DNA of 64,000 bases from a virus: the IMG/VR virus record IMGVR_UViG_3300011335_000775, positions 1-64,000 of that record. One strand, 5' to 3'. The notes below the pieces were generated by a model. It did no database searches, was not told the DNA's origin, and saw only the letters and a list, made by a program, of their open reading frames with translations. Below, in pieces: positions 48,563-58,466 of the stretch. Both the position numbers and the translations under genes were made by a program. The stretch's first letter is position 1. The number at the start of each line of letters is the position of its first letter.

Positions 48563-49180
48563 ATGGCTGAATACACTTCAGATTGGTTCAGCTATGCTAT
48601 TGAGAACTTTAAACTTATCAAAAATTCTGCAATGGGCAATCATCATCCGCAGCCGGGCTTTGTTAATACAATATTAGAAATTGGCAGTCACGAAGGGCGT
48701 AGTGCATGTTGGATGTTGGAAAACTTGTTGTCGGACACAGGAACACTCACATGTGTTGATCCGTTTGCTAACAGTCCCATCACTCCGTTTAAAGATGAAA
48801 CTTACATGGTTGATAGAGAAGTATTTGCTCGATTCCAGACCAATGTGACCGAAGCAAAAAAACCTCAACAAACTGTAGACATCATGAGAGGTCTAAGTTA
48901 CTATGCATTGGCTGATCTCATTGCTCAGCGAAAGACCTTTGATTTTATATATGTAGATGGCAGTCATCAAGCAGACGCTACATTGACAGATGCATGCATG
49001 TGCTTTGGATTGCTTAACCCCACTGGGTTTATGTTGTTTGACGACTACTTGTGGAATCATGTACCCAATGTGTTGGATAGGGGAAAAATGTCAATTGATG
49101 CATTTGTGAACATGTTTTTACCCAACATCGACATAGTCAATATAAATTATCAATTCCTGATACAAAAAAAGAAAGTGTAA
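48563..49180 (+). CDS. Class I SAM methyltransferase (Methyltransf_24-like)
   Basis: LEIGSHEGRS, CVDPF, FIYVDGSH, FDDY.W. Confidence 0.85.
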   Translation: MAEYTSDWFSYAIENFKLIKNSAMGNHHPQPGFVNTILEIGSHEGRSACWMLENLLSDTGTLTCVDPFANSPITPFKDETYMVDREVFARFQTNVTEAKKPQQTVDIMRGLSYYALADLIAQRKTFDFIYVDGSHQADATLTDACMCFGLLNPTGFMLFDDYLWNHVPNVLDRGKMSIDAFVNMFLPNIDIVNINYQFLIQKKKV

Positions 49181-49184
49181 AATT

Positions 49185-49475
49185 ATGTTAATAGACAAAG
49201 GCGTTAGCGCAGGTGAAGTGGTCACACTCAAACTCACATCTGGTGAGGAATTGGTAGCAAGACTCAATGAGGAAACTGCCACACATTACAAACTATCAAA
49301 ACCCATGGTGATTGCTATGGGGGCTAAAGGTCCTGGACTCATGCCATACTTGTTTACAGTGGCACCAGACAAGGATATTTCATTGAACAAAAGCACAGTG
49401 ACCGTGGCAGTGGCCAGCGACAAAACGTTTGCTGACCAATACATGCAAAGCACAACCAACATACAATTGATCTGA
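49185..49475 (+). CDS. Hypothetical protein (Sm-like fold possible)
   Basis: VVTLKLTSGEELVA, L.PY. Confidence 0.6.
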   Translation: MLIDKGVSAGEVVTLKLTSGEELVARLNEETATHYKLSKPMVIAMGAKGPGLMPYLFTVAPDKDISLNKSTVTVAVASDKTFADQYMQSTTNIQLI

Positions 49476-49497
49476 TTTTTGCTCCCATAAATACATT

Positions 49498-49713
49498 ATG
49501 GGACATAGATTTGTAATCATGCGGCATGATGAGATTGAAGTATATGATTGCTATGACGATATCCCCGATGACCTAGACCATGTGATAGAATTTGTTCCAG
49601 AAATACCTCCGGAGCCGCATACTAAACAGCAGCACCAAGAAATAGATGCTTGGCTAGGTCTCTTTAATAGACTCATGGAGAAAGCATATGCGACCAGTGG
49701 CAAGATTGGGTGA
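49498..49713 (+). CDS. Hypothetical protein
   Basis: DIP...DHVIEF.PEIPP.PHT..QH; TAAATA-4 nt-ATG. Confidence 0.65.
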   Translation: MGHRFVIMRHDEIEVYDCYDDIPDDLDHVIEFVPEIPPEPHTKQQHQEIDAWLGLFNRLMEKAYATSGKIG

Positions 49714-49975
49714 TCAAGGAGTTCCTCATTGCAGTGGATTTACCATTGCACAGGGCAGTGCTACGGTATTTGTCAATTCAAAACCGGCAGCCAGAGTTGG
49801 GGATCAGAGCACTCCTCATCTTAGACCTGGCAACCCGTGCCCTGCACATGTCGCTCCTATTTCTAGTGGAAGTTCTAGTGTGTTTGTTGATGGCATTGCG
49901 TTGGCAAGAGTGGGTGATGGACTGGCTGGTTGTACCGCAGTGGCCACCGGCAGTTCAGATGTATTTGCAGGATAA
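49688..49975 (+). CDS. PAAR-domain baseplate spike tip protein (gp5.4-like)
   Basis: VARLGD...HC, GS.TVFVN.KPAARVGD, LARVGD, GS.DVFAG. Confidence 0.92.
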   Translation: MRPVARLGDQGVPHCSGFTIAQGSATVFVNSKPAARVGDQSTPHLRPGNPCPAHVAPISSGSSSVFVDGIALARVGDGLAGCTAVATGSSDVFAG

Positions 49976-49978
49976 CAC

Positions 49979-51901
49979 ATGGCCACTGGTATATTAACTC
50001 CTTTACAAATGATTGCCGGTGCTGCACTGAGCAGCAATAGCGGTGTTGAGATTGCCAACACATGGACTGCCGCGGTCAATTCATATACTGGTACAACATT
50101 ACTCACACCATTCTTTGCTGCTGTGGCCAACTCATCAGCAGCCAATATCAGTGCTAATACATTGACCAGTATGTTTACATTTTGTGCCAGTACTGTGCCG
50201 GCATTGGCTGACAATACTCCTGCGGCATACAGCGGACTTGGAACCAATATCTCTGCTGGATTTACTGGAATAGTAACTACTCAAGGCAACAGTTATCTTG
50301 GCAATGGCAACAACACTGTATTTGCACAAGTATTCCCAGCAGCACAGGGATATGTGGTTGCCACAAATAGTTATATCAACAGCAGCATTAACAGTCAAAC
50401 TTATTTGGGATCAACATTCACCAGCATGAATAGTTTGATCACTGGCAATCTCAGTGATGCCACGTTGGCCATGCGATCATTTGGTACTGATCTAACTGCA
50501 TTGGGACAAATGATTGATCTTGACAATCTTGGTAACTTTGGATCACCTGCTGCACTGCTACGTCGATTGGCCACACTGACCAATATCACTCCGGGAGTAA
50601 GCAATGCATTAACGCAAGCTGGAATCAACCAGGCCAATATCAACAACATAGTAGATCCAAATGTCAACGTTGATGACAATGTACAACGACTGGCATACCT
50701 GGGCATGGTAAATGTCACAGGTACAGACCTGGAGCAAGTGTTGGCAGTATTTGGTGTAAAAACGCCTAACATAAACACCATGGCTGATTTGTTAAATCCT
50801 GTCAAGATTTTCCCCAACAGTTATCCCAGTCTCACAGTGAGAACTTACAGTCAAGATACATCAAGTGTATTGCGGGCAATCTACGATAACAATCAAGGTA
50901 CTGTAAATTCAAAACTGTTGATTTATTTGCCACAATATATTTTGGTTACCGGCAGCAGCGATATGATCACATATCACCGACTGAGTTTGATTGTACCACC
51001 AGACCAAGCATTAGCGTCCAAGGCTATTCAAGTCAGCTTGCAACAGATCAAGAACATTAATAATATGAGTTTGACACAGTTGGCCGCAGCGTTCACCAAC
51101 ATGCAGACCACTCGAGATCTTGATCTCATCAGTTCGTTGCCGGAGGCAGTACCTCCATCTGTGGCAGCATTTTATTCCAGTACATACGCAACTGGATCAG
51201 GTCCAAATGGAACATTGGTCATAACAGATCTGTTGGGAGCAGCAGTAGGAGTACCATTTACCAGTGACCTTACCAATGTTACCACCACAATCAACAGCAT
51301 GACTTTGGATGGAATATTGACCACATTAACCGGCACTTATGTGAGAATGGAAAACACAGTGAACGGTGTTTACAATGTAGGTAATGTTGTGATTATTCCA
51401 CCCGGACCGGGTGCAGGCACTTATGGCAATGCAGATGCTGCATTGAATGCATTGATCAGCAACGCAGCAGTGGAAGTGGCCAGTATTGAAAGTTCTTATC
51501 CCACACAGTCCGGCGTGCTAAACAGCAATTTCATTGCCATGGCTGCTAATCTCAGTTCAGAACTTACCAATCTATCATTGGCCAGCATAGACATAGCCAA
51601 TTTGTCAACAACCGGTCGTGGCCCTATCATGAGCTTTGTACAGAGCCTGCCTGATTATGGAATCAACACTGAACAAAACGGTCCAACTCAATTTCTTGAA
51701 TCAGTAGCCGATCTCAACACACAAGGTGGGCAAGCCATAGTGGCCTGTTTGAGAGAAGGTAAAAATGTATCGGCGTTAGATGCTGCCGGTGCCGGACAAG
51801 ACACAGTGATTCCCAGCACACCCAGTTCGGTTCCTCCACGTGCAAACTTGATTCCGAGCACATACACCGACGCAGAAGCAGCCAATTTAGTTGTAAAATA
51901 G
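49979..51901 (+). CDS. Probable virion structural protein
   Basis: 640 aa, A/T/S/N-rich, low charge, downstream of PAAR in a late operon. Confidence 0.55.
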   Translation: MATGILTPLQMIAGAALSSNSGVEIANTWTAAVNSYTGTTLLTPFFAAVANSSAANISANTLTSMFTFCASTVPALADNTPAAYSGLGTNISAGFTGIVTTQGNSYLGNGNNTVFAQVFPAAQGYVVATNSYINSSINSQTYLGSTFTSMNSLITGNLSDATLAMRSFGTDLTALGQMIDLDNLGNFGSPAALLRRLATLTNITPGVSNALTQAGINQANINNIVDPNVNVDDNVQRLAYLGMVNVTGTDLEQVLAVFGVKTPNINTMADLLNPVKIFPNSYPSLTVRTYSQDTSSVLRAIYDNNQGTVNSKLLIYLPQYILVTGSSDMITYHRLSLIVPPDQALASKAIQVSLQQIKNINNMSLTQLAAAFTNMQTTRDLDLISSLPEAVPPSVAAFYSSTYATGSGPNGTLVITDLLGAAVGVPFTSDLTNVTTTINSMTLDGILTTLTGTYVRMENTVNGVYNVGNVVIIPPGPGAGTYGNADAALNALISNAAVEVASIESSYPTQSGVLNSNFIAMAANLSSELTNLSLASIDIANLSTTGRGPIMSFVQSLPDYGINTEQNGPTQFLESVADLNTQGGQAIVACLREGKNVSALDAAGAGQDTVIPSTPSSVPPRANLIPSTYTDAEAANLVVK

Positions 51902-51977
51902 CAATTATAGTGCTATACTAGCTAAGTAAGAATGTGCCTTTTGGTACATAACAACAATTTTTTAAAAGGAAAACTTC

Positions 51978-52877
51978 ATGAAGAAATATGCTTTACTACT
52001 GGCCCTGGCATTGGCCGCAGGTTTTGCTCAGGCACAACCCATCCCTCAAGTCAGCGTCTATGGCAAAGTGCGTGAGTATCAAGAATCGTACACCTTGGGC
52101 ACCGCTAGTGCATTGACACGTTTGACCAACGATTCCAGTCGCCTGGGCGTCAAAGCCACAGCCAATGTTGGCAACGGTATCACTGCTAGTGCTGTGATTG
52201 AAACTGGTGTTGCTGTGGACGCACCCAGTGCCACCACACTTGGTGATCGCATTTCTGTGTTCAGCTTGAGCAACAGCATGGGATCCGTGGGCGTGGGACG
52301 CGACAAGCACTCAGTAACTCGTGTGTTGGATAACTTTGATGTGATGGAAAATGCGTATGGTACTACCGTATCTGCTATCCACAGCGCACAAGGTAGCCGT
52401 TTGCAAAACGCAGTGTTCTTGAGCACCGCAACTGTGGCCGGATTCAAAGGCAACTATGTAATGGCCAACAGCGAAACCGCTGGTGTGACCAATGTACAAA
52501 CTGCCAGTATTGATTATGCAGCAGGTCCTTTTGCTGCTACCGTGGCACGTTACGACAGCAGCACAAACAGCACAAGCACCATCCTTGGTGCCAAGTACAC
52601 CGTGGCTGCTACAGGTACCACAGTGTTTGGTATCTACAGCGATGACACAGTGTCTGGTGCAAGCACCACAGGTAAGAGCGTGGGTGTTCGTCAACCCGTT
52701 AACTCACAACTTGCAGTATTGGGCGGCTACGGTGAAACCAATACTGGTGTAACTGCCAAGGCTGTTGGTGTGGCTTATGCCATGAGCAAGGCACTGACTG
52801 TGCATGGTCGTTGGAGTTTCACTGACGCTGCAACAGATGTCACACAATATGGCGTTGGCGTAGAATACAACTTCTAA
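51978..52877 (+). CDS. Gram-negative trimeric porin
   Basis: Signal peptide ending AQA; VSVYG, SRLG.K....LGNG-like, alternating beta strands, C-terminal YGVGVEYNF; AAGGA RBS. Confidence 0.88.
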   Translation: MKKYALLLALALAAGFAQAQPIPQVSVYGKVREYQESYTLGTASALTRLTNDSSRLGVKATANVGNGITASAVIETGVAVDAPSATTLGDRISVFSLSNSMGSVGVGRDKHSVTRVLDNFDVMENAYGTTVSAIHSAQGSRLQNAVFLSTATVAGFKGNYVMANSETAGVTNVQTASIDYAAGPFAATVARYDSSTNSTSTILGAKYTVAATGTTVFGIYSDDTVSGASTTGKSVGVRQPVNSQLAVLGGYGETNTGVTAKAVGVAYAMSKALTVHGRWSFTDAATDVTQYGVGVEYNF

Positions 52878-52920
52878 ATTGCCAATTGTAATTTGCGACA
52901 AAATGTCGCAAAATAATCAC

Positions 52921-52948
52921 AAAAACCCTGCCCTGTGCAGGGTTTTTT
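52921..52948 (+). terminator. Rho-independent (probably bidirectional) terminator
   Basis: AAAAACCCTGC-CCTGT-GCAGGGTTTTT. Confidence 0.8.
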
Positions 52949-53030
52949 GTTGTAAAAAACCCACAATTATTGTGGTTGACCAGAATTGGCAGATCGGGTA
53001 TAATACATACATTGCAACAAGGAGTAGACT

Positions 53031-53198
53031 ATGAAAGTCAAGACAGCAGTTAAACGAGTTGAAGAAGCGATCAACGTCGGGGAGTTCAAGATGGCCAACC
53101 ACCTGCTGAACAAGTATCGCCGTCGCTTTGGCAACCGGCACTTCACCTACTGGTTGCGTCTGCACATTGCCAACGGACTGTATTTTACTGCTGAATAA
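53031..53198 (+). CDS. Small basic early protein (55 aa)
   Basis: AAGGAG RBS; MKVKTAVKRVEEAINVGEFKMANHLLNKYRRRFGNRHFTYWLRLHIANGLYFTAE. Confidence 0.7.
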   Translation: MKVKTAVKRVEEAINVGEFKMANHLLNKYRRRFGNRHFTYWLRLHIANGLYFTAE

Positions 53199-53255
53199 AG
53201 GTTGACCGGAATTGCAAAATCGGTTATAATACATACATCGCAACAAGGAGTTTTT

Positions 53256-53891
53256 ATGTTCGCTACCCAAACTCGTAAAACTGTGCAACTGAATTCAGTA
53301 CAACAAACTCAGATAGAAGCACTGAGTTCTGTGTTAGGTAAACTGAGCAACAGCGATGGCAACTTTGCTTCCAGTTTGATCCAGAACTTTTATCGTTATG
53401 GTAGCTTGTCTCCCAAACAGCTGACCTGGGTTGATACTTTGACCCAACGTGCCACACAGCCCGCACCGGTTGCGCAGATTCAAGTGAACTTTCAAAAGAT
53501 CCAAGATCTGTTTGATTTGGCTGCTAAGAAACTGCGCCGTGTCAAAGTCAAATTACAAACCGCACAAGGACAGCCAGTGGCGTTTGTCCGTGCAGGTGCT
53601 AACAGCAAATATGCGGGTCAGATCCTGATCACTGACGGTGGCCCATTTGGCAACAACAAGTTCTTTGGACGTGTGGATGTTACTGGTGAGTTCTTTGCTA
53701 CTCGCAGTGCCACACAAGAAGTGTGCGACCTGGTTAAAGAGTTTGCAGATGACCCATCTGCCACCGCAGGACGTTATGGACGCCTCACTGGTGGTTGCAG
53801 TTTTTGCAATCACGGGCTGAAAGATAACCGTTCTGTGCAAGTTGGATACGGTCCGGTATGCGCTCGCAACTTTGGTCTAGTATGGGGTTGA
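53256..53891 (+). CDS. Early protein with C-terminal zinc-ribbon (DUF6011-like)
   Basis: FASSL...G.LSPKQ..W; CSFC...L.D..S...GYGPVCA. Confidence 0.7.
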   Translation: MFATQTRKTVQLNSVQQTQIEALSSVLGKLSNSDGNFASSLIQNFYRYGSLSPKQLTWVDTLTQRATQPAPVAQIQVNFQKIQDLFDLAAKKLRRVKVKLQTAQGQPVAFVRAGANSKYAGQILITDGGPFGNNKFFGRVDVTGEFFATRSATQEVCDLVKEFADDPSATAGRYGRLTGGCSFCNHGLKDNRSVQVGYGPVCARNFGLVWG

Positions 53892-53945
53892 CCAGAATTG
53901 GCAGATCGGTTATAATATACACATAAACAGCAAAAGAGGTTCAAA

Positions 53946-54170
53946 ATGAAAGTGTATTCGTTATTGGGATTTGTATCGTATGAAGGTTCGGATCTGATAG
54001 GTGTGTTTGGATCCGTAGAGGATGTGATGAAGTGTGTGCGTGAAGGTAGGTGGTTCTGTGATGAGTTGGGATACGTAGAGTCCGAACTGGGTGTGAAGAT
54101 AGAAGATGTGTTGGGTGATGTGGTGTACGTGTCCTTTGTACGCTACAACGGCAAGGTGGTAGAAGTTTAG
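53946..54170 (+). CDS. Small early hypothetical protein
   Basis: Own promoter and GAGG RBS; YEGSDLIGVFGS. Confidence 0.7.
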   Translation: MKVYSLLGFVSYEGSDLIGVFGSVEDVMKCVREGRWFCDELGYVESELGVKIEDVLGDVVYVSFVRYNGKVVEV

Positions 54171-54226
54171 GTTGACCAGAATTGGCAGATCGGTTATAAT
54201 ACATACATCGCAACAAGGAACACATT

Positions 54227-54556
54227 ATGCAAGCACTACTCAACATTGAAAACATTCATAACACCGCAACAGCCGCAGCCCGCAAGACCACTGAAGACTT
54301 TCTGGTCAAGCACGGCGATCGCGATGCTTGCGGCTTTGCTTGGGTTACAGTCTACGAAAAAGGCTCTACCAAGTTGGGTCGCGCATTGAAGTCAGTGGGA
54401 TTTAAACCAGCATACGGCGGTGGCCTCCAACTGTGGAACCCATCAGGCAGCTGGACCCAATGCATCACTGCCAAGGAAGAAGGCGCCCGCGCCTATGCTG
54501 AAGTGCTACGCAAATTTGGCATTGAGCAGGCATATGCAGGAAGCCGGGTAGACTAA
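54227..54556 (+). CDS. Early hypothetical protein
   Basis: Own promoter; CGFAWV, Q....KE.GA.AYA.VL...GI..Y..SR.D. Confidence 0.75.
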   Translation: MQALLNIENIHNTATAAARKTTEDFLVKHGDRDACGFAWVTVYEKGSTKLGRALKSVGFKPAYGGGLQLWNPSGSWTQCITAKEEGARAYAEVLRKFGIEQAYAGSRVD

Positions 54557-54620
54557 GCATTGGTTGACTGATATTGAGTTTTCGGTTATAATACATTTTT
54601 AATTTAACTTAGGAGTTTTT

Positions 54621-55040
54621 ATGTCTTACACTTTCGCTGGTACTTCTGTTCTCAAAGGTGTTCTCAAAGTTCGTTTTGCCAACTCTGAGGCTCGTGCCAA
54701 ACAACTGGCCAAACTGGGTGACACCGATGTGAATATTGTGCCGCTGCCGTCTACCATGGACAAGGCAGGCGCTGTGGCTTATCTGTTGGGGCTAGCAGGG
54801 TTTGCTGACACTGATGCTGTGCGTGAAGCACTGCAAGCAGAAGTGGCTGTGAAGACTCGTCCGGCTAAGGCTGCAAAGACTGTAAAAAAGAAAGTTTCCA
54901 AGACTGTAACAGTCAAGGCCCGTCCTACTATGGATTCCATACGTGCCAAAGCAGCCCGGGCTCGTGCCGCAGCAGCCGAAGTGACGGTAACCGAAGCCGA
55001 AGTTGACAGCCTGATGATGGCTGTGTTCGGTACCAAATAA
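54621..55040 (+). CDS. Early protein with Lys/Ala-rich C-terminus
   Basis: Own promoter and AGGAG; KVRFAN; KTRPAKAAKTVKKKVSK. Confidence 0.7.
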   Translation: MSYTFAGTSVLKGVLKVRFANSEARAKQLAKLGDTDVNIVPLPSTMDKAGAVAYLLGLAGFADTDAVREALQAEVAVKTRPAKAAKTVKKKVSKTVTVKARPTMDSIRAKAARARAAAAEVTVTEAEVDSLMMAVFGTK

Positions 55041-55093
55041 TCAACGTCCACAGGGCAGGTGCAATGCCTGCCCGCCCTCACTTAGGAATAGTC

Positions 55094-55447
55094 ATGGCAG
55101 GCTGGAATACAATCAAACAAATTCGTGACATAGAAGCACGAGCTGATCTTCTTGGAATGAAGTTTACTGCATATAAACATGATGATAGTTTTGGTGCAAA
55201 TATAGCATTGGTTCCCAAGGATAATCACACATTGCCCATCTACGCTCGTGATGCTGTGTTGTTTGCTGGCACATTGGAAATGGCTGACAAGTTTATGCAA
55301 GGTGTTGAGTGGGCACGTGATTATGATCGTATGGTTATTGACCGGAAGATAGATTCAAAGCGTGAACGCAAAGAACAAGATGAACGCAATCGTATTCTAC
55401 TGCGCACACTCAAGGATGGCAAAGTGCCTAACCTAGTACAGACATAA
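55094..55447 (+). CDS. Hypothetical protein
   Basis: AGGA RBS; LPIYARDA..F.G. Confidence 0.65.
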   Translation: MAGWNTIKQIRDIEARADLLGMKFTAYKHDDSFGANIALVPKDNHTLPIYARDAVLFAGTLEMADKFMQGVEWARDYDRMVIDRKIDSKRERKEQDERNRILLRTLKDGKVPNLVQT

Positions 55448-55511
55448 GTCAAGATAGAAGAAACTCATCCATTCATGTAGGTTGGGATAAATAATATATA
55501 GGAGATATAGT

Positions 55512-56252
55512 ATGATTCCGTATACTTACTTGATTGGGTGGACTGAACAAAACAAATTTTACTATGGAGTTAGGTATGCGTCAAATTGTACCCCATCAGA
55601 GTTAATGATCACTTATTTTACTAGTAGCTCAAGAGTAATAGAAATGATTGGATTATATGGATTGCCAAATATTATACAGGTAAGGAAGACCTTCACAACC
55701 ACAAAAAAAGCAAGACTTTGGGAACATAAAGTCTTACGCAGAATGGCAGTAATCAAGTTGGATAAATGGCTAAACAGAACTGACAATAAATCAATTGAGC
55801 CGCAAGTTGGTCAAAAAAATCACATGTTTGGTAAGTTTGGTAAATTATCGCATAGATATGGAACAACATTGTCTGATAAATCTAAGAATATTATAGGTGA
55901 AAAAAGTAGAATGAAAAAAGGTAATATGTCTGAAGATTTTAGTGAAAAGATGCGTAAACTTGTCACTGGTAGGAAGCAAAAAAACTCCACTAAAGAAAAA
56001 ATAAGTGAGCGATTAACTGGCAAGATATTAACTGACGAACATAAGAAAAATATTTCAGCCAATCATGCCGATACTTCGGGAGAAAATAATCCGTTCTTTG
56101 GTAAGAAACATACAGAAGAACAGAAGAAACTAATGTCAGAGCAAAGGACTGGGACAGTAATGATAAACAAAGATGGAGTCTTAAAACGTATTCACAAGGG
56201 ATCCTTGGAGAGTTATCTACAACATGGTTGGGTTAGAGGTAAGGGAAAATAA
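55512..56252 (+). CDS. Free-standing GIY-YIG-like homing endonuclease with NUMOD3 repeats (paralog of 2433)
   Basis: PYTYLIGW..QNKFYYGVRY, YFTSS, WEHKVL; TKEKIS, HKKNIS, NPFFGKKHTEEQKKLMS; late promoter 55488; AT-rich. Confidence 0.82.
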   Translation: MIPYTYLIGWTEQNKFYYGVRYASNCTPSELMITYFTSSSRVIEMIGLYGLPNIIQVRKTFTTTKKARLWEHKVLRRMAVIKLDKWLNRTDNKSIEPQVGQKNHMFGKFGKLSHRYGTTLSDKSKNIIGEKSRMKKGNMSEDFSEKMRKLVTGRKQKNSTKEKISERLTGKILTDEHKKNISANHADTSGENNPFFGKKHTEEQKKLMSEQRTGTVMINKDGVLKRIHKGSLESYLQHGWVRGKGK

Positions 56253-56253
56253 A

Positions 56254-56619
56254 ATGGGATTAGATCAATACATGTATGTTGCAAGTGGCACTAACTCTAA
56301 TGATTCTGACAGACGAGATTTAGGATATCGACGAAAACACCCCAACCTGCATGGATGGATGCATCGGTTGTGGGAAAGCAAAGGCTGTCCAAACGGTCAT
56401 CCAGAAGATCAGTTCAATGGTACTGAACTAGAACTCACCTGGGAGGATCTTGAGGAACTTGAACGTGCAGTCACACACAAACAATTGCCTGCCACAGGTG
56501 GATTCTTCTTTGGTAACGACAGTGATGATTATTATCGCGAACATGATTTGAAATTTGTGCGTGAAGCCAAGGCTGAAATATTCACTGGCCTAAAAGTGTT
56601 CTACAACAGCTCATGGTAA
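56254..56619 (+). CDS. Hypothetical phage protein
   Basis: MGLDQY, RKHPNLHGWM, LP.TGGFFFG, FYNSSW. Confidence 0.7.
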   Translation: MGLDQYMYVASGTNSNDSDRRDLGYRRKHPNLHGWMHRLWESKGCPNGHPEDQFNGTELELTWEDLEELERAVTHKQLPATGGFFFGNDSDDYYREHDLKFVREAKAEIFTGLKVFYNSSW

Positions 56620-57077
56620 AAGCAGTATTTTACGAAAAGGTAGGACGCAAGTATGTCCCTGTGCGTGAGTACGATAGCCTGTTGATGGAATCGTTTCCCG
56701 AAGGAGCTCATCTTGTGATAACATATCCTGGTGGTCGCAGCACACGTTACAATGTTGATCCTGACCATGCTGGATTGATTGCTGCTAGTCGGGTTGCGGA
56801 AGATGCCATGACCACTGCCATGCGTATGGCCAGTGAATTGAAACCAACAACAACTCCTCTCACAGAATCACAACGCAAGGCATGGAAAAAACTGGCCAAA
56901 GAATTTGGTACTGAACTTTGCACACTGCAAGCATCCAGCGCACACGATATCGCACAAGCAGGAATTAATGCTTTACTTTCACAAGCAAATGTGCTATACT
57001 CTAATCCAGCAGTACGTGATGCCTACGAAAAGTTTCTATTCGTGTGTGCATTAACCAAACAGAAGGATAATAAGTAA
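56613..57077 (+). CDS. Hypothetical protein
   Basis: FYEKVGRKYVPV.EYD; coupled ORF. Confidence 0.65.
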   Translation: MVKAVFYEKVGRKYVPVREYDSLLMESFPEGAHLVITYPGGRSTRYNVDPDHAGLIAASRVAEDAMTTAMRMASELKPTTTPLTESQRKAWKKLAKEFGTELCTLQASSAHDIAQAGINALLSQANVLYSNPAVRDAYEKFLFVCALTKQKDNK

Positions 57078-58466
57078 ATGTTATATGACCCACTTGCCCC
57101 TTACTCTGTGGATGATGTCCGTTTCACTGGAACTATGTCGTCAGGTTGGATAACTGACCTCAACAGTTCCGACAGTCGCATTCACAAAGAGAAAGTGATT
57201 GAAAAAGCCCTAATGGCTGCAAAATTGGGCAGTGCCGATGCACAGTCTTTTTTGTTCAATTGCTATCAAGCATACAATCCTTTCTATACCTTCCATGTAA
57301 AACAAGTTCCTGAAACGCAAGGTCTTACGGGGCGTGATAATCCTTGGCCATTGTTTTGGGGCTTGCTAGAAAGTCTACGTACTCGAACCAATACTGGACA
57401 TGCAGCTCGTGACTTCATGATTCGTGTGAGTGAAGAATTTGACTCGGAAGAATGGAACACAATCTGTGCTCCTGTGATCCGCAAAGACCTACGCTGTGGT
57501 ATCAGTGAAAAGACACTGAACAAGGTGCTGGGCAAAACACAATATCGCATTCCGGTGTTCTCATGCCAGTTGGCACAAGATTCAACAGATCGTCCAGCCA
57601 AGATGAAAGGTGTCAAACGTCTAGAAGTCAAGCTGGATGGTGTGCGTGTGATTGCTGTGGTCACTGCCAATGGTTGTACCCTGTACAGCCGCAACGGTAA
57701 GCAGTTTGCAAACTTTCCACAGATTGCTGATGCTGTGATGGATGTGCGTCCCATCTTGATAAAGAATAGTACACTCAACGCTAGCTTTATACTTGATGGT
57801 GAGATTGTGGGAGAAAGTTTTCAAAGGCTCATGCGTCAAGCACATCGTAAGAGCAATGTCGAAACGTCCGACACGGTGTATCACATCTTTGACGCCATGC
57901 CCTTGGCTGAATTTATGGAAGGACATTGTAATGCCATGCAAGCTCGGCGCCTTGAATGGTTGGAAGGCAGTCGAGATCGACTGATGAGAACTGACTGTTT
58001 GCGTATTATGTCAGGTGTTAATGTGGATCTAGACACAGCAGAAGGGCATGACGTGATGAATCGTTATGCACAGGATGCAGTAAAGGACGGATTCGAAGGA
58101 ATCATGATCAAAGATCTGTCTGCACCTTACGAGTGCAAGCGATCCAGCTTTTGGATGAAATGGAAACCCACAATCACTGTGGATCTCAATATCGTGGGAT
58201 TCGAACAAGGAACTGGTCGCAATGAGGGCCGGTTGGGTGCTATAGTATGTGAAGGAGTTGATAATGACAGAAACATCAGAGTTAATGTTGGTAGCGGTTT
58301 GTCTGACAGCGATCGTGATGAGTATTGGGCTTCCCGGGATCAGTTACTTGGTCATGTGGTTGAAGTCGAAGCGGACGCAGTCACCCAAAATCAAGACGGA
58401 ACATACAGTCTCCGATTCCCAAGATTCCTAAGATTTCGCAGTTTTGAACCAGGAGATAAACTATGA
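57078..58466 (+). CDS. lig: ATP-dependent DNA ligase
   Basis: EVKLDGVR, SRNGK, LDGEI, IFD, FEGIMIKD, W.K.K, SLRFPRF. Confidence 0.95.
   Translation: MLYDPLAPYSVDDVRFTGTMSSGWITDLNSSDSRIHKEKVIEKALMAAKLGSADAQSFLFNCYQAYNPFYTFHVKQVPETQGLTGRDNPWPLFWGLLESLRTRTNTGHAARDFMIRVSEEFDSEEWNTICAPVIRKDLRCGISEKTLNKVLGKTQYRIPVFSCQLAQDSTDRPAKMKGVKRLEVKLDGVRVIAVVTANGCTLYSRNGKQFANFPQIADAVMDVRPILIKNSTLNASFILDGEIVGESFQRLMRQAHRKSNVETSDTVYHIFDAMPLAEFMEGHCNAMQARRLEWLEGSRDRLMRTDCLRIMSGVNVDLDTAEGHDVMNRYAQDAVKDGFEGIMIKDLSAPYECKRSSFWMKWKPTITVDLNIVGFEQGTGRNEGRLGAIVCEGVDNDRNIRVNVGSGLSDSDRDEYWASRDQLLGHVVEVEADAVTQNQDGTYSLRFPRFLRFRSFEPGDKL

Larger units (their letters stand above)
52974..54592 (+). repeat. Five dispersed direct repeats, each a sigma70 early promoter (GGTTGACY-17-TATAAT) plus leader/RBS
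   Basis: Copies at 52974, 53200, 53886, 54170, 54562; copies 1 and 4 differ at 3 of 51 nt. Confidence 0.9.

Noticed and set aside
52974-54592. Repeats as a CRISPR array or integron attC sites
   Set aside because: Intervening segments are 170-640 bp ORFs, the repeats are exact sigma70 promoter plus RBS units, and no cas or integrase gene or attC structure is visible
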